Below are positions 1-13,622 of a stretch of 35,298 bases of DNA, in pieces. The notes below the pieces were generated by a model, which was not told the DNA's origin, ran no database searches, and was given only the letters and a program-made list of their open reading frames with translations. Location: the IMG/VR virus record IMGVR_UViG_3300037454_000603, positions 143,646 through 178,943 of that record, one strand, 5' to 3'. A program made the translations under genes and the position numbers. The stretch's first letter is position 1. Each line of letters begins with the position of its first letter. Source of the DNA: a virus. Taxonomy: Duplodnaviria; Heunggongvirae; Uroviricota; Caudoviricetes.

Positions 1-3000
1 TTTGTTCTTCATCAAGAGTTCCTTGTTCTTTTCCTAATCTAATCTATTCTTCTATTTTTTTACTGTTATTTGTCGAAGCATTATACCATTCTTTTGCCGC
101 TTCAACATTAAAAATAGTAGTACCATTCTCAGTTGTATTCATGAATGCTTCGGCAGAAGCCCCAGTATCTTCTAAAGCTTGCTATACCTATTTAAGTTCT
201 TTTCCTTCTAGTGCAATAGATTTTCTTCCTTCTTCAAAATACTATGTTAATTCAGTACCTTTTTTAGCAAATTTATTATATTTCTCTATTGCCTTATCTA
301 CTATTGCAGACGTATCAATAGATGTTACATCTCTATTTAAGAATGGTTCTGAAAGTACCTTAAAGATTTCTTGTATCTAAGCATCACTAAAATTAAATCT
401 ACCTAAAGCACCTTTGAGAATTGTAAAGAAGTCATCTTCATCAAAGATGGTCATATTAGACCAATCAACAGAATTAATTGCTGTACTTATAGCCTATGGA
501 TCAAAACCTTCTTCTAATAAAGTTACCATAGATTTTGCTAGGGCGGCGCGAGAGTCTTCATCTTTTGTACTATCAGTAATAGCATCAGTTAAAGCATTCG
601 TCATTCCTGCGCCGACTTTACTATAAGCTTTGTAGAAACGTGAATAAGAGAAATCCGCAGATTCCACAAGATCAGCTGTTTCTTTCGCAGCATCAACAAT
701 GCTTTCTTTAGTCTTATCAACTTTTTCAGACAAAAGCTGTCTTATTCCGCTGCCTTCACCATCTGGAATTAGTTTACTTATAGCTTCAGAATATTTTTTC
801 TAAACTTCTTCAAAAGGAAGATTATTAATATCCTCTGCAAAATCTGAAAGTACTTCTAACTATTCTTCATTTAATGTTTTAAAACGGTCAAGGTCTTCTT
901 TACTAATACTAAAAGTTGATAGATAATCTTTAATACCTTTTTCAATAACTTCTCCATTGGTGCCAGCGCCAGAATCTATTGCTTGACTAATAAAATCTTC
1001 AAATTTATCGTTTGATAGCTAATTATTTAAAAAGTCTTTATATTGAGCTAAATTAGCTTCATCCCAACCTTGAGCATTTAAATCAGCAATTATCCCTTCA
1101 ATTATACTCTGACGAAGAGCGGGTATATTAGCTAATAACTCAGACCTTTTGGCTTCGGCTTCACGATTCAATTCTTCAATTTCCGCCGCTGAATTATCAA
1201 GATTTTCTCTAAATTTCTTAGCGAATTCTTGCCATACTTTGTCATTAGCGTCGAAAGAATCTAGAATTTCATCTACTTTAGAATTTAAGGTTAGAGAAGA
1301 TACATTCTTCGCACCAGTGGTTTCTTTTAAAGTATCTACAACAAGCTATTGCCATACACTAGCATCTTTAGAGGTATCATTCCATACTCTCTTAATCCAG
1401 TTTTTAGGGTCACCTATACCACGACCATTAAAATCACTTTGAGATAAAATATCATCTAAATTCTATTTTATAGTTTCAATCTAAGGTATTCCATTAGCAG
1501 TAAAAGCTAATCTATTGTAATTCCAAGTCTTGCTAGAAGCTTTTTCAGCGATTCTTTTTCTTCCTTCAGCCATTGCCTAAGACTATTCGAGTTCAATATA
1601 CTATTGAACGAGTCCCAAAGCTTCTGCTGTAGCTTCAGCCTATTTCTAAAGTGATTTAGCATTCTACTCTGCTTTCTAATACTTACTAATTAATTCATCA
1701 TAATTTTTACTTGTATCAATAATAGCATTAGCCTAGTCATCATAACCAATGACAAGTTCTGGAATTAATTCTGCTAAAGACTATGTAGCTTCAACTAGCT
1801 ATGTTGTTTCTTCTTCATCCAATAAACTCTTATCAGATAATTCCTTATAAGTCTCTGATGCTTCTTTAATACTATCCCATTGCTCTTTTATGTCATTATA
1901 TTTTGAATTTTCAATATCTAACTTTTTATTATACTCTTCCTAAACTTTTTCTAAATTTTCTAACTCTTTTTTGTGTCTATAAACTTCATCATTAGCAAGT
2001 CTTTCTTCTTCTTTAGCCTTCTCAATATGTTTAGCCAGCTTCTCTGCAGCAAAAGCCGCCGCAGCGATACCTGCAGAAACTATACCTAAAGTATAATTTC
2101 CTGTCGATAAGCCGTTAAGAAAACCAGAAGCAGCACTTACCGCCGAAGTAATTCCAGTTGTTTTAGCTATTTCGCTTGCACTAAAACTTCCAGTTAAGGC
2201 CATTGAGAGAGCAGTTGTTGTGGCTTGTCCAAGGGCAGTTGCAAAAGATTGAGTCCATTTTGTTCGTAGTAAAGATCTTTGCTTATTATATTCTCTGGTT
2301 TGATCTCGTACAGCCTCTGCAGTTTTTAATTCAGTCTACAATCCTTCATGTCTTTGATTGTTTATTGCAACAATGGTAGTTCTTTCAACGCCTCTCTTTT
2401 GGCTAATCTATTCTTGAATATTTAATCTTTGCTAATCATTCTCTTTAAGCTGTTCATTTAATGCTGCAATCTAAGCTTCATCAGAAGTTTCTTTCTGCAT
2501 TTCTTGTTCTATCTACTAAATAATATTTTTTCTTTCTTCGTAAAGAGTATTTAATTGCGCTGCATAATTTCTTAATTCATCTGAAGAATATTGTCCAACT
2601 TGTAATGACGGAGCATTTGAATTTGTATTCTGAGCTCCTCTCAGTCTAGCTTCCTAGTCCCACTTTTCTTGGCGAAGCTGCTTAACATTTTTCCAGCTTG
2701 AAGCATCAATGTTAGCTTGTAAATCAACAGTATATTTCTATTTATTAATAGCCTTTGCGATAGCACTTCTTATTTTATTACCGCCATCAGAAATGCTTGA
2801 AAGCAAGCCAGTTAATAAAGTCTTTCCAATAGTAACAGCCCACGCAGCGATAATACCAAAGTCTTTAATATCCATACTCTTCATTCTTTGAAGAGCGCTG
2901 TCAATCATATCTAAGAAGTAATTATACGTTTCTTTATTCATTAAAGAAACTCTAAGTTCTTCCCAAGAGTTCTTTATTTTATTTACCTTGTATTCAATTG

Positions 3001-5206
3001 TATCTGCATATTTTGCGAATTGCTCATTAGCTCGTCCTGTTGAGTCAGTGGCTACTTCAATAAGTTCCATTGTTCTCTTATGGTTTTCCATAAGTGCAAT
3101 AAATCTTGATTGCTGACGAGAACCTGCGGCAATAGTAGCAATATAACGCTGAGCATTACGAGAAAGAGAGTCCCATTTAGCTCCTAATTCAAGTAATACA
3201 TCATCCATGTCTCTAAACTGTCCATTAGCATCCTTAATACTAATACCAACAGATTTTAAAGCTTTGTCAACTTTGTTATAATCTAAATCTTCAAATTCAC
3301 TCTCTGAAGAGTCAACGTTTTCTTTTAATTCACTAAATCTAGCCAAAACTGCCTTCATAGCAGTACCTAAGTTCTTAGGTGCTTCCTGAGTAGCTTCAAC
3401 CATTGTAGCAAGCATAGCAGTGGTTGTTTCAAAAGCCATACCAGAAGAATTCGCAATCGCAGCAGTCGCACTCATCGCGTCAGATAAGCCTTGTACGTCT
3501 ACCGCAGCATTAGCAGCTACTTCTGCATAAACATCAGTTACATGAGAGCCTTGGTCCATTTCCATATGGAATGCACGAAGAGCGGCGGTCATTTGCGATG
3601 TTGCATCTTTGAAATCTAATCCTGCCAAAGTTGCCAGTTTCATGGTGTCCTCTGTTAATTTGAGGGCTTCAGCAGTATCAAGACCTTGCTGGTAGTACAG
3701 TCCACTGGCTTGGATTACACTTTCAGTAGATTGTCCAAGCTTATTGGCCATTTCAGCATACTAACTATACTGGCTCCACATATCTGAAACAGAATAATTA
3801 GTAACCATTGCAATTTCAGCAAAAGCTTTATCCAGTTTAGAAACATCATTAAATGTTTTAGTTACTATACTACGAATTTGTCTCCAAGCATTAGTTATTG
3901 ATAATAAATATTTTACATGATATTTGATTCTTTCAAATTCATTATCATAACTACGCTGTGCCGCGGCTGCTCTATTAATTTCTTCCGCATTTTTAGATTG
4001 TTCTTCTCTAGACTTAGCGGTTGCATTGGTTAAAGAATTAGTGCTAGAAGCTAGCTAATTAACTGTATTATTTAGTTCTCCTTCCGCCTAGCTTGCAGAG
4101 CTGGCTGCTCTAGCTAAATCATATTGAACATTTGCAGCATCTCTTATGCCACCAGCATATTCTTGCCCCTAAAGAAATTCTGTTGTATTCTTCTAAGCAT
4201 TAAAAGCTACATTATAAGCATTCTTGGCACCTTTTGCTCCATTAAGAGCTGTATCAGCAGACCTAACGCTTTTTTCTGCACTAGCAATTTCAGCCTTTAA
4301 AGCTTCCATCTTTTGGGTCGCATTATTAAAAACACTATTAATAATCTCTTCAATATTTGTGGCCGCTGTTTTAGAATATTTGCTTTCTTCTAAATATTTA
4401 TTAAAGTCTTTTATTGCTGAACTAGCATTCTTTGCACTGCCAACTATTTGTATAAATTTTTCGTTTATAATATTAAAGTCAGCATCACTAGCAAAAGAGC
4501 CGCCTTTTCCACTGGGTTTCGGTTTTCTAAAAGACATTCGGTCTAAGCCAAATTCAGATAAAGAGGTGTTTTTTCTTCCATAGTTAGTACTTTCTGCTAA
4601 CTATTTCTAATTTTTTAAATTCTAAAGTTTGTCTTTAGCTTGATTTAAATCTTGCTAAGCTAAATCCATTCTCTTCTTTGCTTCATCAGTCTATTTCTAA
4701 AGTTCTTGAGTAATTTTTTGCTCATATTCTAATCTTTTTGCTTCATCGCCTTCTCCAATGGCAGCAATAAGATTAGTTTTATATCCTTTGCCTGTTGAAG
4801 CTACCTAAGCTTTAACTAACGTTTTAGTAGTTTCAATTGTTGATTTTAATTGTCCTTCTAAACGAGCTACTTCTTTTTTTGCTTCTCTAATATTATCAGC
4901 TAATCCTGTTAATTTAATTGAAGAAAATTTTGAACTTAACTAGTCGGCTGTCTTCAATAAAGTATCAATATTTTTATTGTATTGAGAGACTTCTTTTTCA
5001 TTTGTTAAGCCTCTATCTTTCATTTTTTGAATTTCAGACTAAAGCTCTTTAATTCTTGCAATTGACTTTTCAATATTAATTATATCGGCTCTATCAGCTT
5101 TTCCTTCAATAGTAGAATATAATTTATTTAAATTACTAATTATTTCAGAAAAATCTGCTGAGCCTGTTATTTTGATAGCAGATGAAAAATTTTCTTTTCT
5201 TGCCAA
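1..5206 (-). CDS. Tail tape measure protein (runs off the left edge, >1700 aa; TAG=Gln)
   Basis: TTG start at 5206 after GAGGTG RBS. Track fragments 4193-4537, 2738-3751, 1940-2203 and 494-733 are all in this frame and end at TAG. The 2738-3751 part has the TP901-type TMP signature (LYYQQG...GTAMKAVLARF...AGSRQQSRFIALM); the rest is Ala/Lys/Glu-rich helical sequence with hydrophobic segments. Confidence 0.92.
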
Positions 5207-5219
5207 GTTTTCTCACCTC

Positions 5220-7403
5220 TTAAAACAAATTTAATTGAACTAGATTTATCTTTAAGCCATTAACTTTAATTGACCCATCTAAGCTACCATGTCTTTGGTC
5301 AGATAAACGCCAATCGCTATCATGATAAGACTAAATTGCTGATGTATAATCTTTATATTCTGAAGGAATTCTTGGTGCCAAGGTTTCCTTCGAAAAATCT
5401 AACATCTTACTTAAAGTTCGATCATATGATTCTTTTTCTAGCTTTTCTATTATACAATCACATATATAGGAAACAGGATAACAAACATTGTTTAGCATAT
5501 AAAATAAATTCATAGCCGAGTGCCTATCATGGTCATAAACTCTATAAAATTCAGGCAAATGTTTATATGCAATTCTCGTTCCAATAGGTTCAATATCTTT
5601 TTCATCAAAATATTGCGAGTTCTCTAACATAAAACGTAAAATTAAAGTATCTTCATATCCTAAGTATTTTCCTATGACATCTTTAAAAACAGAAATACCA
5701 TTTTCACTTTTATAAATTTCAATTTCATTCTTTGAAGATGCATATCGCTTAACATTCACACCAAAAGACATTTGTTTTCTTTTTTTATCTTGTTTAAATT
5801 TATATTGATATTTTAAGTCATTTACAGATTGACCATAAGATGAATGACCTCGAATGGCAGCAAAAACGTTTGCACCTGACATTTGTCCTTTCATCTCTAC
5901 TATTTTATTAACATTAAACAATGCAGAAATTTCACCTAATAGTCCTGATAAAAAGGCATTACTATCCGCCGCTAGAAAAGATTTATATGCGCTATCTATT
6001 AAACTATCACTATTAAATAATAAATCCATAATCTTATTTCCAGAACATTGTGCCGCAGCCATGTCGTAGAAATTTTTAAAATTCAATTGCTTTAATTTCT
6101 CATTAGTTTGAGCACTAATGAAACTTTCAATTGAAAAATTTCCCAGACTCAATAAATTTAATGTTTTAGTAGATGAATTTTTCAACTTAAGAATCCCCTA
6201 TTTTAATATTTTAAAGAAAGTATTAATCAAGAGTTTTTTCATTTCAGGGTGACTTTTAATGTATTCATTAAATTCTTTTCTTTTATCAAGGTCATTGCCT
6301 GTTTTTTCAAGAAAAATTCTTCTCATTACAGAATAGAAATCTTGAGCGTCATCTCTTAAAGGTATATTAGCTAAGAAAAAAACTTCATTGGTGTTTTCAT
6401 TTACTAATTTTATTTCAGTTGGTAAAGTTTTACCCCTCAGGGTTGGATTATTCTACATATCTTTCAAAGCTTTTGTAATATTAGAACGCAATGTCGTACT
6501 GACTGAAGTAGCCAAAGGCGCATTCTTTTTAACCTTATATTTTCCCAAACTATATCCAGAAGATGTTTTTTCAACCGTAAACCAACGAGATAATGTTTTA
6601 TAAATAACATCAGATAAATTTTCTAAAATTTCTGGTTCAAATTTATCTTTATACTATTTTACAAAGGCCTCTTCAAATACTTTTAAAGCCTTTTCATTAA
6701 TTTTATTATCATTAACAGTATACTCAGTACCTTTTAATGCTAAATGCCTCGAAAAAATTTGAGTTTCTTTAGAAGACTTTAATATATCATAAATTTCATT
6801 AGACTAACAAATATAACCCAGCGCCGCGGCACTAAATTCTTGTTCTGTTAAATCTAATCCATTACCATTTCCAATTGTTAAATTAAAACCATTATTTGCC
6901 ATTTTTGTCCAAACTTCTATCGTTGACATCTTATATAGCTAATCGAAAGAAATTAATTCATAATTATTAACATTAGAAGTTTTACCCAATTCAGTATTTT
7001 TAAGTAAACGAGAATATAAATCAATTGAAGTATACTCATCAAACTAATAAGCATCATCAAGAAGTGAAGCAAATAGCTTCTCTTCTTTCTCTATCGCATA
7101 TCCTCTCATTTCTACTAAGTACTCCAAGACATTTTTATACATTTCATCTCTAATCTTGCCTTGCTACTAAGATACAAGCAAATCTGCAAGCTTTTGGATT
7201 TCTTCCTGAACCTCTTCATAATTTTTATTAGCTTTTTTTCCATGTCTCGTCATAAAACTTGATTCTGGTTTACTTAATGGAGGATTTTTTAAGGTAAAAT
7301 ATCTATATCTATAGTGATGGAAGTCAAGCTAATTTAAAGCTTTGTTCCAGGGACGAACGGCCCTAAACATATTAAAATAATCTTCACTAACTAAGTTGCT
7401 CAA
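5220..7403 (-). CDS. 727-aa hypothetical protein upstream of TMP; possible C-terminal PD-(D/E)XK-like domain (TAG=Gln)
   Basis: TTG start after GGGGTGA. Open to TAA at 5220 when TAG is read through; contains track ORF 5331-6185 in frame. Motif pattern GLLGE...VNDL...GVNVKRY. Confidence 0.8.
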
Positions 7404-7424
7404 ATCTTCACCCCCATTTTATAA

Positions 7425-7451
7425 TAAAAAAGAGCGACATCTCTGCCGCTC
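7425..7451 (-). terminator. Intrinsic terminator
   Basis: GAGCGGCA-gaga-TGTCGCTC followed by a T tract on the minus strand, at the stop of 7450-8343. Confidence 0.7.
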
Positions 7452-8343
7452 AAATATAGTCTTCTGTTAATTCTTTGTCTAAGAAAGTTATTTTTGCAAC
7501 AGTCCCGTTCTTTTCTTCATCGGGATATCCTACAAAATAAAAATCGCTAACTGTTGAATTTTCATAATTCTTTCCTAGCCGCATTGATAAATTAGAAGAT
7601 AATTTAATTTTTGGCAGCTCCAATATCGCAGTGGTAACTTCTCCACTATTTTCATCCTTTACACTCATTTTTGCGTCTAAACGCAAAAATCCATTGGACA
7701 ATCTATTACCAATGTCCAACTCCTTAATTTTATCTTCATAAGTAAAAGTATAATCTACCAATACTTTTCGATAAGATTTCTTAAAGAAAACCTTATCTCC
7801 ATATATACTAAAATCTCTTATTGGTAAACCTGTTTCAATATTATAACAAAATATCCACTTTTTCTTTGAGGGCGGCAAAGGCTTAAGCATTAATTCTTCT
7901 CTTCTTCCCATAGGAAGAGGTTCAAAATTAGGATTTGGCTAAGCGCCCCATACCCTATCTATAGCATTAGGACAATACTTTAACTAAATGTAACAATATG
8001 TCTCGTCTTCTATGGCGGATAATTCTTCACTAAAAGAAACAGATTTATATCGAGGTTCATTAATTTTTGAATTGCTTAATAATGACCAACTTGTTGAAGA
8101 AAGAACTCCATGCGTAATTGCAAAATTCATTTCTTTATCTATTTCCCAAAAAATTAATGGATTATTATGAAGTCCTCCTGAAGCCATGACCTCTTTTTTA
8201 ATTTCCTATATCTAAGCTATCTCAGCAGTTTTAAAGCTTAAAATAGTTTCATTTATATCAAATTTTCGTTTACCAATTTCTAAGGGTTTATTTAATCTTA
8301 AAGAAACATCATATAGTTCTTTAATTCCAGCAAAGTTTTCCAA
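7450..8343 (-). CDS. Tail-tube-like paralog 5 (297 aa, divergent; TAG=Gln)
   Basis: TTG start with AAGGAGG. GIKELYDV...ASGGLHNNPLIFWE...ELPKIKLSSNLSM match the shared tube core of 13623-16448. Joins track ORFs 7984-8187 and 7450-7911 in frame. Confidence 0.8.
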
Positions 8344-8374
8344 AATCTTCGCCTCCTTTATAATCTCTACTTAA

Positions 8375-8402
8375 TAAGTAGAAACAATAAAATCTCTTTC
8401 TA
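8375..8402 (-). promoter_or_regulatory. Candidate phage late promoter TAGA-N19-ACTTA
   Basis: Intergenic, directly after a terminator and before an RBS. Same spacing as TTGA-N19-ACTTA at 28650-28677. Confidence 0.35.
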
Positions 8403-8431
8403 AAAAAATAAGACGATATTAAATATCGTCT
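8403..8431 (-). terminator. Intrinsic terminator
   Basis: AGACGATATT-t-AATATCGTCT hairpin followed by TATTTTTT. Confidence 0.7.
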
Positions 8432-9777
8432 CATTCTTCTTCAACTATTATATCATTATAACTTTCTTCCTCTTGCTCTACATAGGTTCTTGTATAATTA
8501 TCATTCTAAGCCACTATTTTTTCATTATTATTTTTATCTCTTGTGACATCAAACTGTCTCAATTCAATCATATTTCCATTATCATATGGCAAAACATTAA
8601 TGTCCATTGAAAAAGTAGTAGGGTCACTAGCGGCAGAAAGATTAATATTGGTATCAGGATTTAGCTAAGCTCGATTAATGATAAACTAATATTTTGAATC
8701 TTTCTAAGTTTGCTATTCTCGAATATAGGTTTCTCCAACAATTTTAAAAGTTTTCGGAAAGCTATCAGCATTAATAGTTAATGTTTTTCCTAAAAAATCA
8801 TTATCAGATAAAACTCTCTAAACTGTTCTAGACCATTTATAATAAGGCGTGCCCGCTCGTAAAAAATAAGAATTAGAATTTATATCAAATGTTCCATTAA
8901 TATTATTTACTAATGGCTACATAGTATGAGGGTCAAAATAAATAAAATAGCTCTCATCTTTAATATTTTTAAAATATTTTTTTAAATTAGCTTCTTGTTG
9001 TGCAAAATCAATTTTAAGACCTTCTTCAGGCGCATAATACTTTTCCATTCTGTCGATTGTTTCAATTTTATAATTATTAGTATCAATTTTATAATAGTCA
9101 TCAACAGTATTCAATTCTTTTAAAAGTACTTTAATCATATCAGGGTCAAAAGCAAGATAATAATCAGCCTGGTGATGAATCTAAACTTTATCACGATTAT
9201 AATAACAATCTCGTATTATTTTTCTCATTTGTCCAACATAAGGTTGGTCTATAAATTCTTTTGTTATTGGTATTATATTAGTAGTTCTTGGAAGAGATGT
9301 CTCTTCCAAATAGGTTTCCCATATATAATAAACATCTGAAGGATAAGTCGCATTAGGATTTCCAATTAACTTATAAATTAATTCCCATTCTTCTTCGGTG
9401 ATTTCTGGCGACGGATAAGCTGTTGTTGAATAATGCAATTCTCCATATTTATTTGCTACACTAATTTTTCTTATAATTGAAATATATTTTGAAACTTTTC
9501 CATCTAGCCAACCAGTCATTAAGCTTTGACTAGCAGAAGAAAATAAAGCATCTTCTAATTTTAAAGTAATATTCTTACCAAAATTCCAAGACATTATTTT
9601 CTAATTAGCATAGCCGCCAGATGCACTTGTACTAGAAGTTTTCTGATTTAAAGTGGAAATTTTTAAGGTATCCAAATATAAAACAGGGATATAGAATTCT
9701 TCATCGCCAACTGTTAGAATACTATAGAAAGTGACATCTGCAATTTCTTTAATACCATATTTTTTAAATAAATTCAC
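8431..9777 (-). CDS. Tail-tube-like paralog 4 (448 aa; TAG=Gln)
   Basis: GTG start, MNLFKKYGIKEIADVTFY...PVLYLDTLKIST...WNFGKNITLKLEDALFS...FPKTFKIVGETYIR...DPTTFSM. Track ORFs 9181-9594 and 8917-9138 are in frame; ends at TGA. Confidence 0.88.
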
Positions 9778-9783
9778 AAGACA

Positions 9784-11673
9784 TCACTCCTATTCTATTT
9801 CTAAGTTTTTAATCGTAATAGTAGAACTATCACTCTACGTCAAGAACTAAACTAAATCATTCTAATTGTAGATACCAACCAGCAATAAATCTTTAGGGAT
9901 TTCATCCCATCTCTCAGCCTATATTTTATTATAATAATTTTGAGCCGCGGTAGCATTAACTGGCAGAATTAATCGAGAACCTCCATTTAAATAGCTCCTT
10001 GGGTTAGCCACGCGGCAATCATTTGGAATACAAAGTATTCCTGGATTAACGCCGCCATTAGAAAGACTAGGATATATAATATCCAAACGCAATTCAGTAG
10101 GTATATCAGGTATCTACTAAGTGAGAATTGGTCTAGTATATCTTTCATTACATTCATCCTTGATTTCTTCTTCATATGAAGTAATGGAAATTAACTTTCC
10201 ATTGTAATCAGGCAATGCAATAAAAGACATATTTACTGTAGTTGCCTCTCCTTCAGGAGACAAATTAAAGCTATTAGAAGTCTACATTTTACACTTGGGA
10301 ATTTCTATCTAGTAATGCTAATCTTCTCCTATTCTATTTCGGCTATAAGTTTCTCCAACTATTTTAAATAGACCATTGTACTAATTGATAGTAACCAATG
10401 TCTATAAAAATTTTTTAACATCATTATTTTGTTCTCTAGTCTTTTTTAAGAAATACTCACCCTTTTTAAAGTAATGATAACTTGTTGGAATATTATTACT
10501 TTTTTCTCCCTCATTAGGAGAATAAGGTCTCATTGTATTAGGGTCAATATAGCAAGATAAATTATTTTTTTCATAACCCTTCATTAAAAAAGCGTTGTAA
10601 GCCAAAATATTCTTATTAGTATCTATTTTAAAATCCTTCTTTGCCTAGACTTTTTTAAGACTATCTAAAAAAGGAATCTCTTTATAATTTAAATCAATTA
10701 AATAAGGAATATTTTCTTTTATATAATTATTAATATTCCAATCTTCTATTATATAAAAGTCTCCTATATGAATATTTAGAGCTAAAAGCTTTTCTATTGG
10801 CTAATCATTCTCACCCAATCCAATTAATTTTTTATAAACAACTTTATAAATTTCTAATTTAGATGACCAGCCTTGCTCTTCTTTTTGAGAAAAATTTCTT
10901 GTTAAAAACATTTTATTATCAGTATTTTCGTTATTAAATACTGCCAGATCTATATCATCTATTACAATAGTCTCTGAGTCAGAAACAATTTCTCCTTCAC
11001 AGTCCTCCCAATTAAAAAGTCTCCAATGAGAAATTAATTCTTCCTCTTCCTTAAACTCTGCATAGCTCTATGAAAAATTAATAAAATTTTTGATAATTAA
11101 ATTTCCTTTTTGTACCCTTTCGTTTAATTCTTCGTTGTATGACTGAACATTCCTAAGAAATTTATTATCTAATTTAATATTATTATTTTTATAATTAATA
11201 AGTTCCTAAACAATGCTCTCCGCTGCTCTTTTAACATTAACTACATAAGTATAATATTTAACTATATTATCGCAAGGACAAACAAACTTTATATATTTAT
11301 CTTCCTCGCCTTCTGGAATTTCATCCACGACTCTTCTTTGAATTTCAAAATCTTCGGGACACCAAATACCTTCTAACTTTAGAGGTTTTATTCCTAAATA
11401 GTTTCCCCAAGTTAAACTCTAACTTGCGGGAGTATAAAGAGCATCATTTAATTTAATTGTAACTTCTTTATTGTAATCCCAAAATATCTAGTGAGAATTT
11501 CCCAGACCGCCGCGAGCAGAAGTCTGCTCGGCGGTCTGTTCAATATCAGAGACTTTTAAAGTGTCGAAATATATCAGTGGCACATATATTTCTTCCCCAT
11601 ATTTGTTTTCTGTTATAGCATAAATAGTTACATCTGCAACTTCCTTAATACCATATTGCTCAAATATTCCCAC
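9784..11673 (-). CDS. Tail-tube-like paralog 3 (629 aa, central insertion and C-terminal extension; TAG=Gln)
   Basis: MGIFEQYGIKEVADVTIY...PLIYFDTLKVS...ARGGLGN...WDYNKEV...DALYTPAS...IVGETYSR...IEIPKCKM. Track ORFs 11488-11673 and 10402-10605 are in frame; ends at TGA 9784. Confidence 0.88.
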
Positions 11674-11691
11674 TTTATTCGCCTCCTTTTA

Positions 11692-13548
11692 TCACTCACT
11701 CAACACTTCTGAAGAGCCATCTACTGCATAATAGCAGCCAGTGTCCTTATCTAAAACCATTTTTGTAGCAATTTCATACGCAGTAATTTCCATCATTGCA
11801 CCATTCTATGGCTTAGCAACCTCAAGAGACATAGAGAAAGTGGTTGGTTCTCCATCTGCCTAAAGAGTTAATGTCTAATCTGCTTTAACTTTACACAATG
11901 GGAACTTAAGCTACATACGCTGATCATTACCAGTGTCTCTATCACGAATATAAGTCTCTCCGACCAACATATACATTCCTGGCCATTGGTCTGCAAGTAC
12001 AGTAATTCTATTGGCTTTTATTGTTTTATTATCTTGTGCAATTGTTAAAGACTTAATATAATAAGGTTCTCCTTGATGGAACCAATAATCATCATCATAG
12101 GGCTACATTGTACGCGGATTAACATATGCCCAAAGTTTTCCTGCAAATTTTCTATAATCAAGAGTACTTTCTTCATACTCCTCAACAATAGTTTCATCAT
12201 CATCAACGACAGAAGAGCCTTCCTTAATTCTAGTTATATAAGTACCACTTGATGGCTTAGTATCTGTCCAAGTTGTGCCGCCGTCCGTACTATATTCTAA
12301 AGTTCCATCAGCTTTAGGAGTAGGCTTAGTAATTTCAGCAGGAATGATACCATTAATATTATCCTCGTATTTTGTAAGTAAGAAATAATTCATAGCATTA
12401 ATGCTATCAAACTGTAACCACATGTCTAAAGCCTTAAATTGGTTAACATTAACAGGAGTCTCTGGAATAGACCAAACTATAGAAGCATTTGAATTAGCAC
12501 CATTACCTGCGTTAGAATTGGTTTTAGCGATGAAAGCATGATATACATCATTATTATCTACAACTATTGCTAAATAATCTGCTTCCGAAATCTTTTCAGT
12601 TGACATATCTTCTTTAATATATGTAGCAGTATTATCTTCTTCATTTACTTTATGAATTAAACTATCTTCTGGACTATTAGCTGTAACAATAGTACTTAAA
12701 TTAGCTCCATAAATAGTTAAATACTCTTGAAGACTCATTGTAATACCATCTCTACCATTTTCTTGTTCCTGATATGCATCAAAAATAATATGAGGATTTA
12801 ATCTTATCGCCTGCCCAGGTTCACCAATTTTATAAATTATTGCATCTTTAAAATCTGAACTTGCGGGAGCCTCACCATTAAAAACAGAAACTTTGGAGTT
12901 CCAATTAATAGGATATGCACGACCAGTTGTATCAAAGAATCTATCTGGTACTTGCGCAACTGATTTAACACCAGATTCTATAATTAGTCTCCATCTATAA
13001 TTCCTACCATTTATTGCTCCTGTGCCAGTAGCCTTAACGCCATCTGTTACTTCAGATCTTAAAGGTATTCCTAGGCTTACATTTGCTAATCTTCTATCAT
13101 CATCTGTTAAAGGAATTAAATTACCAACAACACTTTCATTACTATTGTTATTATTGGCTCTAGGATAAAAGGCTTTTTCCATTCTACTAATTCTATTAAC
13201 AGGATTTCTACATGAACAAAAATCGCTATCTATATTAATATGACTATCTTTCCAATCTGCACTTAAGATACCATTCCAGCACATACCTAAAGAAGCAGGA
13301 GTGCAAAGTGCATCTTCGAGAGTTATATTAATTTGTTTGTTGTAATCCCAATTGATTAATTTACCGTTACCTATACCGCCCTAAGCCCAAGTATTTTCAC
13401 CAGTCTTTTCTACTGTAGAGACCTTTAAAGTATCTAAGTATAAAGCAGGAACGTAGTATACTTGACCAGAGCCGTCTTTCTTTTTGTGTATACTATACAA
13501 AGTTACATCAGCAACTTCTTTGATACCATATTGGTCAAAAATATTCAA
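11692..13548 (-). CDS. Tail-tube-like paralog 2 (618 aa, central insertion; TAG=Gln)
   Basis: TTG start after GAGGTGAAAGGA. NIFDQYGIKEVADVTLY...VPALYLDTLKVST...DALCTPAS...WPGMYMLVGETYIR...ADGEPTTFSM. Contains track ORF 12103-13284. Confidence 0.88.
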
Positions 13549-13578
13549 ATCCTTTCACCTCATTCTGCTTTATTTAGT

Positions 13579-13610
13579 AAAAACGGCTATACAAAATGTA
13601 TAGCCGATTT
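13579..13610 (-). terminator. Intrinsic terminator after the major tail gene
   Basis: CGGCTATACA-ttt-TGTATAGCCG followed by TTTTT. Confidence 0.8.
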
Positions 13611-13622
13611 ACTTTATTCAAA

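Noticed and set aside
141-6603. Plus-strand ORFs in the track (141-380, 414-626, 1149-1442, 2709-2891, 4224-4583, 5270-5515, 5854-6069, 6388-6603)
   Set aside because: Antisense shadows of the TMP and 727-aa genes; no RBS or protein-like features.
9987-10175. 62-aa hydrophobic ORF resembling a holin
   Set aside because: Alternative frame within tail paralog 3 (9784-11673), with no RBS.
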